Assembly (NCBI GenBank): GCA_039586755.1
Contig: JBDHJU010000007.1
Location: forward strand, 27,876 to 91,875
Direction: 5' to 3'
DNA length: 64,000 bases
Origin: Gemmatimonadota bacterium
GTDB taxonomy: Bacteria; Gemmatimonadota; Gemmatimonadetes; Palauibacterales; KS3-K002
Made by a program: the position numbers and the translations under genes. This document shows positions 53,818 to 63,216 of this stretch, one piece after another (within the stretch, counting starts at the first letter, position 1; each line of letters starts with the position of its first letter). The notes under the pieces were generated by a model. That model searched no databases, had not been told where the DNA came from, and saw only the letters and a program-made list of their open reading frames with translations.

Positions 53818-55722
53818 ATGCGCGAGCCGACCAAGACGCGGACACGATTCAGTTTTGCTTGCACCACTCGCCTGACCGGATTCGTACTGCTCGCCGTCGC
53901 GGCGTGCGCGGACCCGGCCGCCGAGGGGCCGGACGGGATGTTCCGAGGCGGCCCAGACCACGTTGGCGTGTATCCTGGCGCGCCCGCCTCGGGGCACGGT
54001 CAGGTGGAGTGGGCCTTCCAGACCCGGGGGCCCGTTCGGGGTTCTCCGCTCGTCGACGGCGATCTGGTCCTGGTGGGGAGCGGTGATGGGCTCTTCTACG
54101 CCATCGAGCGAGCGAGCGGGGAAGAGCGGTGGCGTTTCGAGGCGGCCTCTGCGGTGCAGTCGTCGGCCGCGGTGCACGGCGGCCTCGTCTACTTAGTGGA
54201 CCGGTCGAACGTGCTCTACGCGTTGGACCGTCGCACGGGACGCGAGCGCTGGCGCGTTGCGACCGGGCCCGACAAACCCTGGGACTGGGGTCACGAGGGC
54301 TGGGACTACTTCACGTCATCACCGGCGATTGCCGGTGACCTGGTGATCGTGGGTTCGGGAGACGGCAACGTCTACGGGTTCGATGCCGCGACGGGAACCG
54401 AACGCTGGCGAGTCGTGACGGCTGGCCGGATCCGATCGTCCCCGGCGACCGCGAACGGCGTTGCCTACGTTGGAAGTGCCGACGGCTTCCTCTACGCCAT
54501 CGATCCGGAGACGGGAGAACTGAGGTGGAGCTTCGAGACCGAGGGCGCTTCCTTCAGTTCGGCCGAGTTCGGTTTCGACCGCAAGACGATCCAGTCTTCA
54601 CCCGCTGTGGCGGGAGGCAGGATCTTCTTCGGGTCGCGGGACGGGAAATTCTACGCCGTGGAAGCTTCGACCGGGGAGCTCGCCTGGCGTTTCGACCACT
54701 CGACCCCGTGGGTGGTCTCGTCCCCGGCGATCTATCAGGGCGCAGCGATCGTCGGGACCTCGGACGGACTATTCCTGCACGCAATGAACATCGAGACGGG
54801 TGAAGAGATCTGGAGGTTCGAGACCGGGGACCGCGTCTTCAGCTCGCCGGCCGTGTCGGGAGGGGTTGTCTATGTAGGGGTCCACTCGGGACGGTTCCTC
54901 GCCCTGGACGCGGCGACCGGGGCCCTGAGCTGGGAGTTGAGGTGTGGCGGTGCCGTGATGTCGTCCCCGGTCGTCCACGAGGGCCGGGCCTATTTCGGCT
55001 GCGATGACGGGTCGGTCTATGCGGTGCGACTGGAGGGCGGGCCGGCGCCACGACGCGCAGTCTACTGGGACGCCGAGCGCACGGGCTGGAACACGTTCGC
55101 TGGCCACGAGAGCGTCCGCGACTACTTCGAGTCCTGGGGCTACGAGGTGCTCGACCGATTCCAACTCGCGCGGTTCATGGAGGCATCGAACGAAGAAAGT
55201 GGCCGCAGCGTCGTCGTGTTCGCGATGGACGACCTTCCCGCTACCGTCGCGGGTGTCGCGTCGGATACGGTGCTGTTCAGGCGTTACCTCGATTCGGGAG
55301 GCAAGGTCGTCTGGTTGGGGCTGCCGCCGCTCACACTGGAGCGGGACGCCGATGGGAACATCACGGCGTTCAGCCGCGACGGCCCCGGTGCGCTACTGGG
55401 CGTGGACCACGAGCGGTACGACATGGACCAATACGCGGCCTACCCCACGCCGGAGGGTGAGGGGTGGGGGTTCAGCGATTGGTGGGTGAGCGTGTCGGGG
55501 ATCGACGTCGGTGAGGTGACGACCGCGCTCGCTCTGGACGAGAACGGCGGCGCAGCTGCCTGGGTGAAGAACTACGGTGGGCCGGCAGGCTCGGGCTTCG
55601 TATCGCTATGGGGAACGTACAGGCCGATGCCCGCTCGGTACTACGAACAGGTCCGACGCGTCGCCGAGTACGGACTCGGCAGCGCCGCGGCCGAACGTCA
55701 AAGTCCTGGAACCGCGAGATAG
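53818..55722 (+). CDS. Secreted PQQ-repeat beta-propeller protein fused to C-terminal DUF4159/ThuA-like domain
   Basis: ATG 53818 (RBS GGAGAG). Lipoprotein-like signal (LLAVAACA). Repeated LYALD/VYGFD/LYAID/FYAVE beta-propeller blades. C-terminal ~190 aa with DTVLFRRYLDSGGKVVWLG motif paralleling DUF4159-like proteins at 26840 and 32665. Confidence 0.7.
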   Translation: MREPTKTRTRFSFACTTRLTGFVLLAVAACADPAAEGPDGMFRGGPDHVGVYPGAPASGHGQVEWAFQTRGPVRGSPLVDGDLVLVGSGDGLFYAIERASGEERWRFEAASAVQSSAAVHGGLVYLVDRSNVLYALDRRTGRERWRVATGPDKPWDWGHEGWDYFTSSPAIAGDLVIVGSGDGNVYGFDAATGTERWRVVTAGRIRSSPATANGVAYVGSADGFLYAIDPETGELRWSFETEGASFSSAEFGFDRKTIQSSPAVAGGRIFFGSRDGKFYAVEASTGELAWRFDHSTPWVVSSPAIYQGAAIVGTSDGLFLHAMNIETGEEIWRFETGDRVFSSPAVSGGVVYVGVHSGRFLALDAATGALSWELRCGGAVMSSPVVHEGRAYFGCDDGSVYAVRLEGGPAPRRAVYWDAERTGWNTFAGHESVRDYFESWGYEVLDRFQLARFMEASNEESGRSVVVFAMDDLPATVAGVASDTVLFRRYLDSGGKVVWLGLPPLTLERDADGNITAFSRDGPGALLGVDHERYDMDQYAAYPTPEGEGWGFSDWWVSVSGIDVGEVTTALALDENGGAAAWVKNYGGPAGSGFVSLWGTYRPMPARYYEQVRRVAEYGLGSAAAERQSPGTAR

Positions 55723-55734
55723 GAGAGACTCGAG

Positions 55735-58164
55735 ATGGTCACTCTTTGGCAGGACGTGGTCTTGAGCGTGCGGATGTTGCGCAGGAACCCGGGATTCGGG
55801 TTTATCGCCGTGCTGACACTCGCCCTCGGCATCGGTGGGACCAGCGCGATCTTCTCTGTGGTAAACGGTGTGCTACTGAGCCCCTTTCCATACGGCGATC
55901 CGGATCGGCTGGTCGTCGTCTGGGAGCGGAACCTGAATCGCGGCCTGCCGTACATGGTCGTCTCGCCGCCCAATTACGCCGACTGGCGTGACCAGAATAA
56001 CGTGTTCGATGTGATGGGCGCGTTCAGCCGCCGTCGCTACATCCTCGAGGGCGAGGCGGAGTCGAGCGTCGTGCGCGGCGCGACCGTGACCGCCGGAATG
56101 TTCTCAGTGGTCGGCGTCTCGCCGCTATTCGGCCGGCTCTTCAACAGCGATGACGATCGTGAAGGTGGCGCCCGGGTCGTGCTGCTAAGCTACGGGAGTT
56201 GGCAGAACCGTTTCGGGGCCGACCCGGACGTGGTTGGCAGCTCGATCCGGTTGGGCGGGATACCTTACACCATCGTTGGCGTCATGCCGCAGGGGTTCGA
56301 ATTTCCGCCGCCGATAGTGCTGGAAGGTGCGATCCCCACCGAGGAAACGGAACTCTGGGTGCCGTTCGCAATGGACATGGAAGGCGGCAACCGGTCGGCT
56401 CACTTCATGACGGTGATCGCCAGGCTCAGGGATGACGTCGATCTGCGGACGGCCGACGCGGAGATGAACACCATCGCGCGTCGCCTGCAACAGGAATACC
56501 CGTCATCCAACGCCGGCTGGGACATCACCCTGACGCCGCTTGACCGCCAGGTGCTGGGCGATGTCAGTGTTCAGTTGATGATACTTCTCGGCGCCGTCGG
56601 TCTCGTACTGCTCATCGCCTGTGTCAATGTCGCCAACCTGCTGTTGGCCCGGGGCACGACGCGGCTGAAGGAGTTCGCGCTGCGCGCATCGCTGGGCGCT
56701 GGGCGTGTCCGGCTGGTGCGGCAGCTGATCACCGAGAGCCTCGGTCTGTCGTTGGTCGGCGGCCTCGCCGGCCTGGGCGTGGCGCTCTGGGGAGCGAAGG
56801 CGCTGGCCAGGCTGGGCCCGCAGGATATTCCACGCCTGGAAGGTGTGGGCCTCGACGCCAGCGTGCTGGGTTTCACGCTGCTCGTCTCGCTGCTCACCGG
56901 CGTGCTGTTCGGTCTTGCACCCGCATTCCAAGGTGCGTCGGAGAACTTGAGTCAGCGGTTGCGTGAGGCCGGGCGCGGACAGGCCGAGAGCCGGGGGAGC
57001 TCGCGCCTGCGATCAGCGCTGGTGGTGGCCGAGGTCGGCCTCTCGCTGGTGCTACTCGTCGGAGCAGGTCTGCTGATTCAGAGCTTCGTTCGCCTTAGCG
57101 GAGTCGATACCGGATTCGATGCCACGGACAGGCTGACGCTCAGGATCACGCCCCTGGAGTCACGTTACCCGGAGGACCCTCACCTCGTCGCGGCTTACAC
57201 CGAGCTCGAACGACGGTTGAATTCCACCCCCGGCATTAGAGCGGCCGGATTCATCAATAGCATCCCTCTAGCTGTGGACCGCGGCGGCACCTCCTTCACC
57301 AAGGAAGGTGAGACCGAGGTGCCGCCGAACGAGAACCGCTCGGTCAACTTCGCGGTCGTCACGCCGACGTACTTCCAGGCGATGGGGGTTCGCTTGGTGA
57401 GTGGCCGGCAGTTCAGCGAGCCCGATGGCCCGCAGGCAGAGCCCGTAGTCATTGTGAACGATGCCTTTGTGCGTGCGCACTTCCCCGACCAGGACCCGGT
57501 CGGGGTTCGGCTGGGAGTTCATGGGCAGGCTTTCCGAATCGTCGGTGTGGTAGGCGGCGTCCGCCACAATACATTGAGACACGACCCCAACCCCAGCATC
57601 TACGTAACGTACGCGCAGATTCCTTGGTCGAGGAGCATGTCGTTGGTCGTGCGCGGCGAAGAGGCCGTCGCCCTCGCTGCGGCGCGAGGCGTGCTTCGGC
57701 AATACGATCCGACGCTTCCTATCTATGATGTTCGGTCGATGGAGCAGATCCTCGGCGAGTCGCTGGCTCGCATGCGCTTCTCCACCACTCTGATGCTCGC
57801 CTTCGCGATCGTCGCCCTGCTGCTCGCCGCCGTCGGCATCTATGGGGTCATCGCCTACTCGGTCAGTCGCCGTACCCAGGAAATCGGTGTGCGGTTGGCG
57901 ATCGGCGCCCAACGTAGCGATGTGCTGCGGCTCGTGTTGGGGCAGGGTATGAGGCTCGTGGGCATCGGCATCGTGGTGGGTCTCGCCGCCGCGCTGGGGC
58001 TGTCACGATTTCTGGGGAGCTTGGTTTACGGCATTGGGACGGCCGACGTGCTTACGTTCGTGGGGGTCACACTGGTGCTGGTCGTCGCCGCGGTACTGGC
58101 ATGCTACGTTCCGGCGCGACGAGCGATGAAGGTCGATCCGGTCGAAGCACTGCGCTACGAGTAG
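55735..58164 (+). CDS. ADOP-family (MacB/FtsX-like, duplicated) ABC transporter permease, second copy
   Basis: 809 aa. NPGFGFIAVLTLALGIGGTSAIFSV N-terminal TM, two FtsX modules. Paralog of 45030-47672. Confidence 0.8.
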   Translation: MVTLWQDVVLSVRMLRRNPGFGFIAVLTLALGIGGTSAIFSVVNGVLLSPFPYGDPDRLVVVWERNLNRGLPYMVVSPPNYADWRDQNNVFDVMGAFSRRRYILEGEAESSVVRGATVTAGMFSVVGVSPLFGRLFNSDDDREGGARVVLLSYGSWQNRFGADPDVVGSSIRLGGIPYTIVGVMPQGFEFPPPIVLEGAIPTEETELWVPFAMDMEGGNRSAHFMTVIARLRDDVDLRTADAEMNTIARRLQQEYPSSNAGWDITLTPLDRQVLGDVSVQLMILLGAVGLVLLIACVNVANLLLARGTTRLKEFALRASLGAGRVRLVRQLITESLGLSLVGGLAGLGVALWGAKALARLGPQDIPRLEGVGLDASVLGFTLLVSLLTGVLFGLAPAFQGASENLSQRLREAGRGQAESRGSSRLRSALVVAEVGLSLVLLVGAGLLIQSFVRLSGVDTGFDATDRLTLRITPLESRYPEDPHLVAAYTELERRLNSTPGIRAAGFINSIPLAVDRGGTSFTKEGETEVPPNENRSVNFAVVTPTYFQAMGVRLVSGRQFSEPDGPQAEPVVIVNDAFVRAHFPDQDPVGVRLGVHGQAFRIVGVVGGVRHNTLRHDPNPSIYVTYAQIPWSRSMSLVVRGEEAVALAAARGVLRQYDPTLPIYDVRSMEQILGESLARMRFSTTLMLAFAIVALLLAAVGIYGVIAYSVSRRTQEIGVRLAIGAQRSDVLRLVLGQGMRLVGIGIVVGLAAALGLSRFLGSLVYGIGTADVLTFVGVTLVLVVAAVLACYVPARRAMKVDPVEALRYE

Positions 58165-58193
58165 ACATTCGAGCTAGGGAGAAGTGGGAGTCC

Positions 58194-58907
58194 ATGAGCA
58201 GACGGATTCAGAAGCTGGAACGGGACCTGAAGTGGCTCAAAGCCTACGCCGCGATACTGACGTGCGTGCTCGTCTTCACCGCGCTGGCGCCGCTCGGCCA
58301 ACCGGCTAGCCAAGATGGTGTTATCCGCGCACGGGGTCTGATCATCGAGGACGAGGACGGCAGGGAGAGGATCCTGCTGGGGGCTCCGATTCCCGCCGCT
58401 GCCAACCGTGTGCGCACCGACCTGGAGCGAGTCAGAGAGATCTGGGGGAGCCGCTTCGGTGAACGATACATGGAGTACTACGCGAATTACCGGAACGACA
58501 TGAACGGTCTCTTGATCCTCGACGCGAACGGCTTCGACCGGATCGCCGTTGGCGACCCGACGCCCGACCCGAACATCGGCAGGCGGATCGCGCCCGCCAC
58601 GGGGATCGAGATCAACGACGAAGAGGGGTACGAACGGACCGGGTACGGATTGTTGAAGGTCGATGGCCGGTATCGGGTGGTGCTCGGCTTGGATTCTGAC
58701 AGAGGAACAGAGGGTCTGGCGCTCTCGCTATTCGACGGCGGCAAGGTCGGGCTAACCCTGTTCGGAGAGCGCTCGCTGTTCTTGGGCAGCGCACCCCCCG
58801 GCACCATGGCTGGGGCCTCCGGCGAGTTTCACGGCCTGCGGATCAAACAGGGCGACGAAGTGAGTTACGAGATCAACGCTGCTACCGAATCGGGAGCGGA
58901 GCGCTGA
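58194..58907 (+). CDS. Hypothetical membrane-anchored protein
   Basis: ATG 58194 after GGGAG. One N-terminal TM (AAILTCVLVFTALAPL). No family recognised. Confidence 0.45.
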   Translation: MSRRIQKLERDLKWLKAYAAILTCVLVFTALAPLGQPASQDGVIRARGLIIEDEDGRERILLGAPIPAAANRVRTDLERVREIWGSRFGERYMEYYANYRNDMNGLLILDANGFDRIAVGDPTPDPNIGRRIAPATGIEINDEEGYERTGYGLLKVDGRYRVVLGLDSDRGTEGLALSLFDGGKVGLTLFGERSLFLGSAPPGTMAGASGEFHGLRIKQGDEVSYEINAATESGAER

Positions 58908-58914
58908 CGGGAGG

Positions 58915-59667
58915 CTAGCGGCTCGCGAGGCCGCCGACGATCTCGCCGCCGTCGATGATGTACGTCTGCCCGGTAATGTAGGCCGCTTCGTCCGAGGCGA
59001 GGAAGGCGAAGAGCGCGGCGACCTCTTCGGGCCGACCGTGCCGGCGCAGCGGGATCTTCGTGTTCACCTCATCGATCATCTCGGGCGTGTACTCGGCCTC
59101 CTGCATCGGCGTCATGATGTAGCCCGGACATACGGCTACGACCCGCACGTCGGGCGCCAGCTCCAGGGCCATCGAGCGCGTCAGTTCCAGCACGCCCGCT
59201 TTCGATGCGTTGTAGTCGGCGTAGAACGGGTAGCCCATGATCGCGTTGGTGGAGCCCGTGTTGATGATCACGCCGGCGCCCGCCGCCTTCATCCGCCGCG
59301 CCGCTTGCTGCGCCACGTAGAAGACGCCGTTCAGGTTCACGTCCATCACCTGGCGCCATTCCTCCACCTCGATCTCGAGAAAGTCGTGCCGGATGCTGAT
59401 GCCGGCATTGTTGATCAGCACATCGAGGCCACCGAGGATCTCGTCCAGTTCATCGAACGCACCCGCGACCGCGCCAGGATCCGAGACGTCGGCGCGGATA
59501 ACACCGGCCAGTTGCGGCAGTGTCTTCTTGATCCGCTCGCACCCGAGCTCGTCCCGGTCGAGCACGACGACCCTCGCGCCTTCGTCGATGAAGCGTTCCG
59601 CTGTCGCCGCGCCGATGCCGCTGGCACCGCCGGTGACCAGGACCCGCTTGCCATTCAAGCCGTTCAC
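58915..59667 (-). CDS. SDR family NAD(P)-dependent oxidoreductase
   Basis: TGGASGIG Rossmann motif, YxxxK catalytic motif (YNASKAG), 250 aa. Confidence 0.85.
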   Translation of the reverse strand: MNGLNGKRVLVTGGASGIGAATAERFIDEGARVVVLDRDELGCERIKKTLPQLAGVIRADVSDPGAVAGAFDELDEILGGLDVLINNAGISIRHDFLEIEVEEWRQVMDVNLNGVFYVAQQAARRMKAAGAGVIINTGSTNAIMGYPFYADYNASKAGVLELTRSMALELAPDVRVVAVCPGYIMTPMQEAEYTPEMIDEVNTKIPLRRHGRPEEVAALFAFLASDEAAYITGQTYIIDGGEIVGGLASR

Positions 59668-59676
59668 GTTCGCTCC

Positions 59677-60450
59677 TTATCCAGATCCCGCCAGGCCGCC
59701 GCCGTCGACGACCAGCGATATGCCGGTCACCGCCGAGCCGGCGTCGCCGGCCAGGTAAAGTGCCGCCTGGGCTATGTCCTCGGGCTGTGCGATGCGGCCC
59801 AGCGGCCGCTCGGCTCCTTCGGCCAGGAACTCTTCGATCGGTTCGCCTAGCTGTTCCGCCTCCTGGCGCAGCATCGGCGTATCGGTGTCGCCGGGGCAGA
59901 TGCAGTTGACGCGGATGTTCTGCGGCCCGTGGTCGAGCGCCATCGCCTTGGTCAAGAGGACCACCGCGCCCTTCGAGGCGCAATACGATGCCGCATTCCG
60001 GCCGCCCGCCAGTCCCCAGCCCGAGCCGGTGTTGATGATGGCTCCGCCGCCCGCCTTTTGCATGACCGGGATGGCGTACTTGGACATGAGGTAGATCGAT
60101 TTCACGTTCACCGCCATCACCTGGTCCCAATCGCGCTCACTGAGCTCCAGCACGCTGGCTCGGCGAATAATACCGGCGTTGTTGAACAGGATATCGAGAC
60201 CACCCAGCGCATCGACCGTGCGCTCAACCGCACGCCGGCAGTCCTCCGCCGCGCTCACGTCGCCGGCGATGAACAGGGCGCGGCCGCTCCCCTCGACGAT
60301 CTCCCGAGCGACCGATTCGCCGCCCGCCTCGTCCAGGTCCATGATCGCGACCGCCGCTCCAGCGCTCGCGAAGACTTTCGCCGTCGCTCGCCCGATCCCG
60401 GACGCGCCGCCCGTGATCAGTGCCACCTTCTCTTTCAGGACCGGTTCCAT
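59677..60450 (-). CDS. SDR family NAD(P)-dependent oxidoreductase (second tandem copy)
   Basis: ATG at 60448-60450 (MEPVLKEKVALITGGASGIG). YCASKGA catalytic motif. ORF-track 5' extension not supported. Confidence 0.85.
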   Translation of the reverse strand: MEPVLKEKVALITGGASGIGRATAKVFASAGAAVAIMDLDEAGGESVAREIVEGSGRALFIAGDVSAAEDCRRAVERTVDALGGLDILFNNAGIIRRASVLELSERDWDQVMAVNVKSIYLMSKYAIPVMQKAGGGAIINTGSGWGLAGGRNAASYCASKGAVVLLTKAMALDHGPQNIRVNCICPGDTDTPMLRQEAEQLGEPIEEFLAEGAERPLGRIAQPEDIAQAALYLAGDAGSAVTGISLVVDGGGLAGSG

Positions 60451-60490
60451 CGATTCCGCCTCACCAGAGACTGGACTCTCGCGCGGCCAA

Positions 60491-61612
60491 CTAGGTGTAG
60501 CAGGACACCCTATAGACTGCGGCCTCACGGTAGCCGGTGACAACCCTGTAGTAGCTGCAGAGGTAGAGGTCCGTTTCGACGTCGCCGGTGTCGACGAGTA
60601 GCGGCCTTCCTCTCAGCGAAGTCAACTTCTCGGGTGTCGCGACCACGATGATGTTCTCCTTGCCGACTCGCCTGATTACAGCGGGTGAGATCTGCTGGTT
60701 CCCCCTGCCGAGCAGGAAACCCTGACCCCCCACCGGCGTGAGAATCAAGCTGCACGCGGCGTCGGCCATCTGCTCGAGGAGCTCGCGCTCGCTCATGTCC
60801 TTACCGATCTGTCTCCCGCCGCGCACCATGTCGACGCCGAGCAGGCTGGCCTCCAGGCCCAGCATCTCGATGAACGGCCTGCACGTGCTTCCGGGGCCTA
60901 CGATATAGCAACGGTCATCGCTCATCGACTCAATCAGTTCCGTGGCGATGGCCATCTGCACGGCCCGTTCATCGGGCGCGCTTGCCGCTTTGGAGCCCTG
61001 CAGGAGGCGCCTGCCGTCGGGGATCGTCATGTATCCGTACAGGCGCGCAGAGAGGATTTCCCGCCGGTAATCCTCTTCGTTGATATCCATCACCTCCGCT
61101 TCCTTCACACGAGCGATCTCTCCCGCGAGAAAAGATGCCGCGACCTGACCGGCTGCGGCGGGGCTGGAAGCAAAGACAGCAGAATGGATCTTCACCCCTG
61201 CGGGAATCCCCAGGACGGTAACGGACGTGCCGATGGCGCCACACACATCCCTGGCGCTTCCGTCACCACCTGCGAACAGAAGCAGATCGACGGCTCGGTC
61301 CGCCATCTGGCGAGCGGCCCTTGCCGTGTCCTCTGGAGTCGTGCGGGGGGAAGAGCCGGATCCTATCACCTGAGGCTTTAGGCCGCATTCCGCCGCGGGC
61401 GCTTCGCCCATGACGCCGGCGAAGGTCAGAAGCACGAGGTCATCGCTGTGTGGAAGCAGCGCGGCCAAGGCCCGTTGGGCTCGCTCGTGAGCCTGCGGAA
61501 CGGCGCCGAGTCGCTCGGCCCGCTCGAGTATCTCGGGACCGTCCGTGCCCTTGAGCCCGACGGTGCCCCCCATGCCGGCTACGGGATTGACGATGAGGCC
61601 CAGGGTCTTCAT
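60491..61612 (-). CDS. ATP-NAD kinase / diacylglycerol-kinase-like family protein
   Basis: 373 aa. N-terminal LGLIVNPVAGMGG and GGDGS motifs of the NAD kinase/DAGK catalytic fold. Immediately downstream of gcvPB (14-nt gap). Confidence 0.65.
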   Translation of the reverse strand: MKTLGLIVNPVAGMGGTVGLKGTDGPEILERAERLGAVPQAHERAQRALAALLPHSDDLVLLTFAGVMGEAPAAECGLKPQVIGSGSSPRTTPEDTARAARQMADRAVDLLLFAGGDGSARDVCGAIGTSVTVLGIPAGVKIHSAVFASSPAAAGQVAASFLAGEIARVKEAEVMDINEEDYRREILSARLYGYMTIPDGRRLLQGSKAASAPDERAVQMAIATELIESMSDDRCYIVGPGSTCRPFIEMLGLEASLLGVDMVRGGRQIGKDMSERELLEQMADAACSLILTPVGGQGFLLGRGNQQISPAVIRRVGKENIIVVATPEKLTSLRGRPLLVDTGDVETDLYLCSYYRVVTGYREAAVYRVSCYT

Positions 61613-61626
61613 TGGGTGCCTGTCGG

Positions 61627-63204
61627 CTATCCCCGGATCTTAGCCGCGGCTTTGCCGTGCTTCTTGAGAAAGGCCCGCCAGGTCACGGCCCACTTTTCCG
61701 GATCATCGAAGCTGCTTTCATCGATCTTGTGCACGACACTGTTGTGCGGCGCGCGCTTGACGGTCTCCGGCTCGCTCCGCGCCTCCTGTACCACGTGCCG
61801 CAGCCCGTCCAGGTACTCGTCCAACTCGTCTTTGGAATAAGACTCCGTCGGCTCGATGGTGAAGGGCTGCGGAACGACGAACGGATGGTGGCTCTGCCAC
61901 AGGTGGAAACCGAAGTCGGCGAGGCGCAGCGTCACATCGTGGGTGTCTACACCGGTCTCCTCGTAGAGCTTTTCCCAGGAGTAGCGAACCTGCTCGATCC
62001 TTCGCTTGCCGCCCGTATAGGGTGAAGTGGCGCCGTCTATCTCCGTGATCTTCTTCAGCAGGTAGTTGTTATTGAGGACGGCGATCCTTGCCGCCTCTTT
62101 GAGGCCTTCCGCCCCCATACTGAGGATCCAGGCGTAGGCCTTCAGTATCACCGAAAAGGCCCCCCAGAAACTCCGCACCTTGCCGATCGAGTGGGGAACG
62201 TTGTAATCGAAGTAGTACCTGTCGCCAGCGAGGCCGACCAGGGGAACGGGAAGGTAATCGGCCATCTCCTCGGTTGCGCCGAGGGCTCCGGCGCCCGGGC
62301 CGCCGCACCCGTGCGGGGCGCCAAAGCTCTTGTGCAGGTTGAAGAAGCAGAGGTCGAAATCCGCCTCGCGCGCTCTGGTGATTCCCATGATGCCATTAAC
62401 GTTGGCCTGGTCATAACCGCAGATACCACCCGCCTCGTGAACCATGCCTGTGAACTCGGCGATGCGCGGATTGAAGATGCCGATATCTTCGGGGTTCGTG
62501 ATGAACAGGCCAGCAGTACGCTCCGAGACGGCTGTCTTCAACGCCTCCAGATCGGGCATCCCCTGCTCGTCGGGATAGAGGGTGATGATCTTGTATCCCT
62601 TCACCGCGGCAGCGGCAGCATCGGAAGGGTGGGAGAATATAGTGGTAATCAGCTCGTCCCTCGTTGCCGCCTCTCCTCGCACCTCGTGATACTTGTGCAT
62701 GATTGCGGCCATGGTGAGGATCGCATGCGAGCCCGAGCTGGGTTGTAGCGAGAACCTGTCCATTCCCGAAATCTCCCGAAGGAACAGATCCAGCTCGTAA
62801 ATCACTCGCAACGCACCCTGCACGGTGCTTTCGTCCTGATACGGATGGATATCCTGTGCCTGCGGCGCGGCCGCGATCTTCTCGTTGATCTTGGGATTGT
62901 ACTTGATCGTGCACGTTCCCTGGCCGATGTCCACGTTGAAGTCGGCTCCCAGGGTCTGCTGGGAAAGGCGCAGGAAATGTTTCAGCACTCGCATCTGCCC
63001 CACCTCGGGTAGGGCAGGGGGCGTCGTTCTGCGCATGTCCGCGGGGATCCTCGATAGAGCGTCGCCCACAGCGTCGGAGATCTCGAGCTCGACCTCCGGG
63101 ATGTGGACTCCTCGCTGGCCGGGAGTGCTCAGCTCGAAGATTACTTCTTCATCCCATTTCGCTTGATGGAAATTGCGGAGCCTGCTCCCCTTCTGAATCT
63201 CCAT
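61627..63204 (-). CDS. gcvPB: Glycine dehydrogenase (decarboxylating) subunit 2 (P-protein C-terminal subunit)
   Basis: 525 aa. PLP-dependent fold. N-terminal region …IFELSTPGQRG…HFLRLSQQ… resembles the GcvPB family (assigned from memory, unverified). Confidence 0.9.
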   Translation of the reverse strand: MEIQKGSRLRNFHQAKWDEEVIFELSTPGQRGVHIPEVELEISDAVGDALSRIPADMRRTTPPALPEVGQMRVLKHFLRLSQQTLGADFNVDIGQGTCTIKYNPKINEKIAAAPQAQDIHPYQDESTVQGALRVIYELDLFLREISGMDRFSLQPSSGSHAILTMAAIMHKYHEVRGEAATRDELITTIFSHPSDAAAAAVKGYKIITLYPDEQGMPDLEALKTAVSERTAGLFITNPEDIGIFNPRIAEFTGMVHEAGGICGYDQANVNGIMGITRAREADFDLCFFNLHKSFGAPHGCGGPGAGALGATEEMADYLPVPLVGLAGDRYYFDYNVPHSIGKVRSFWGAFSVILKAYAWILSMGAEGLKEAARIAVLNNNYLLKKITEIDGATSPYTGGKRRIEQVRYSWEKLYEETGVDTHDVTLRLADFGFHLWQSHHPFVVPQPFTIEPTESYSKDELDEYLDGLRHVVQEARSEPETVKRAPHNSVVHKIDESSFDDPEKWAVTWRAFLKKHGKAAAKIRG

Positions 63205-63216
63205 GAACGTGATCCC

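Noticed and set aside
60521-60545. Extra copy of the REP-like motif (cggtagccggtgacaacc) near 60525
   Set aside because: Lies inside the coding 3' end of the NAD-kinase-like gene and lacks the partner arm, so it is likely coincidental.
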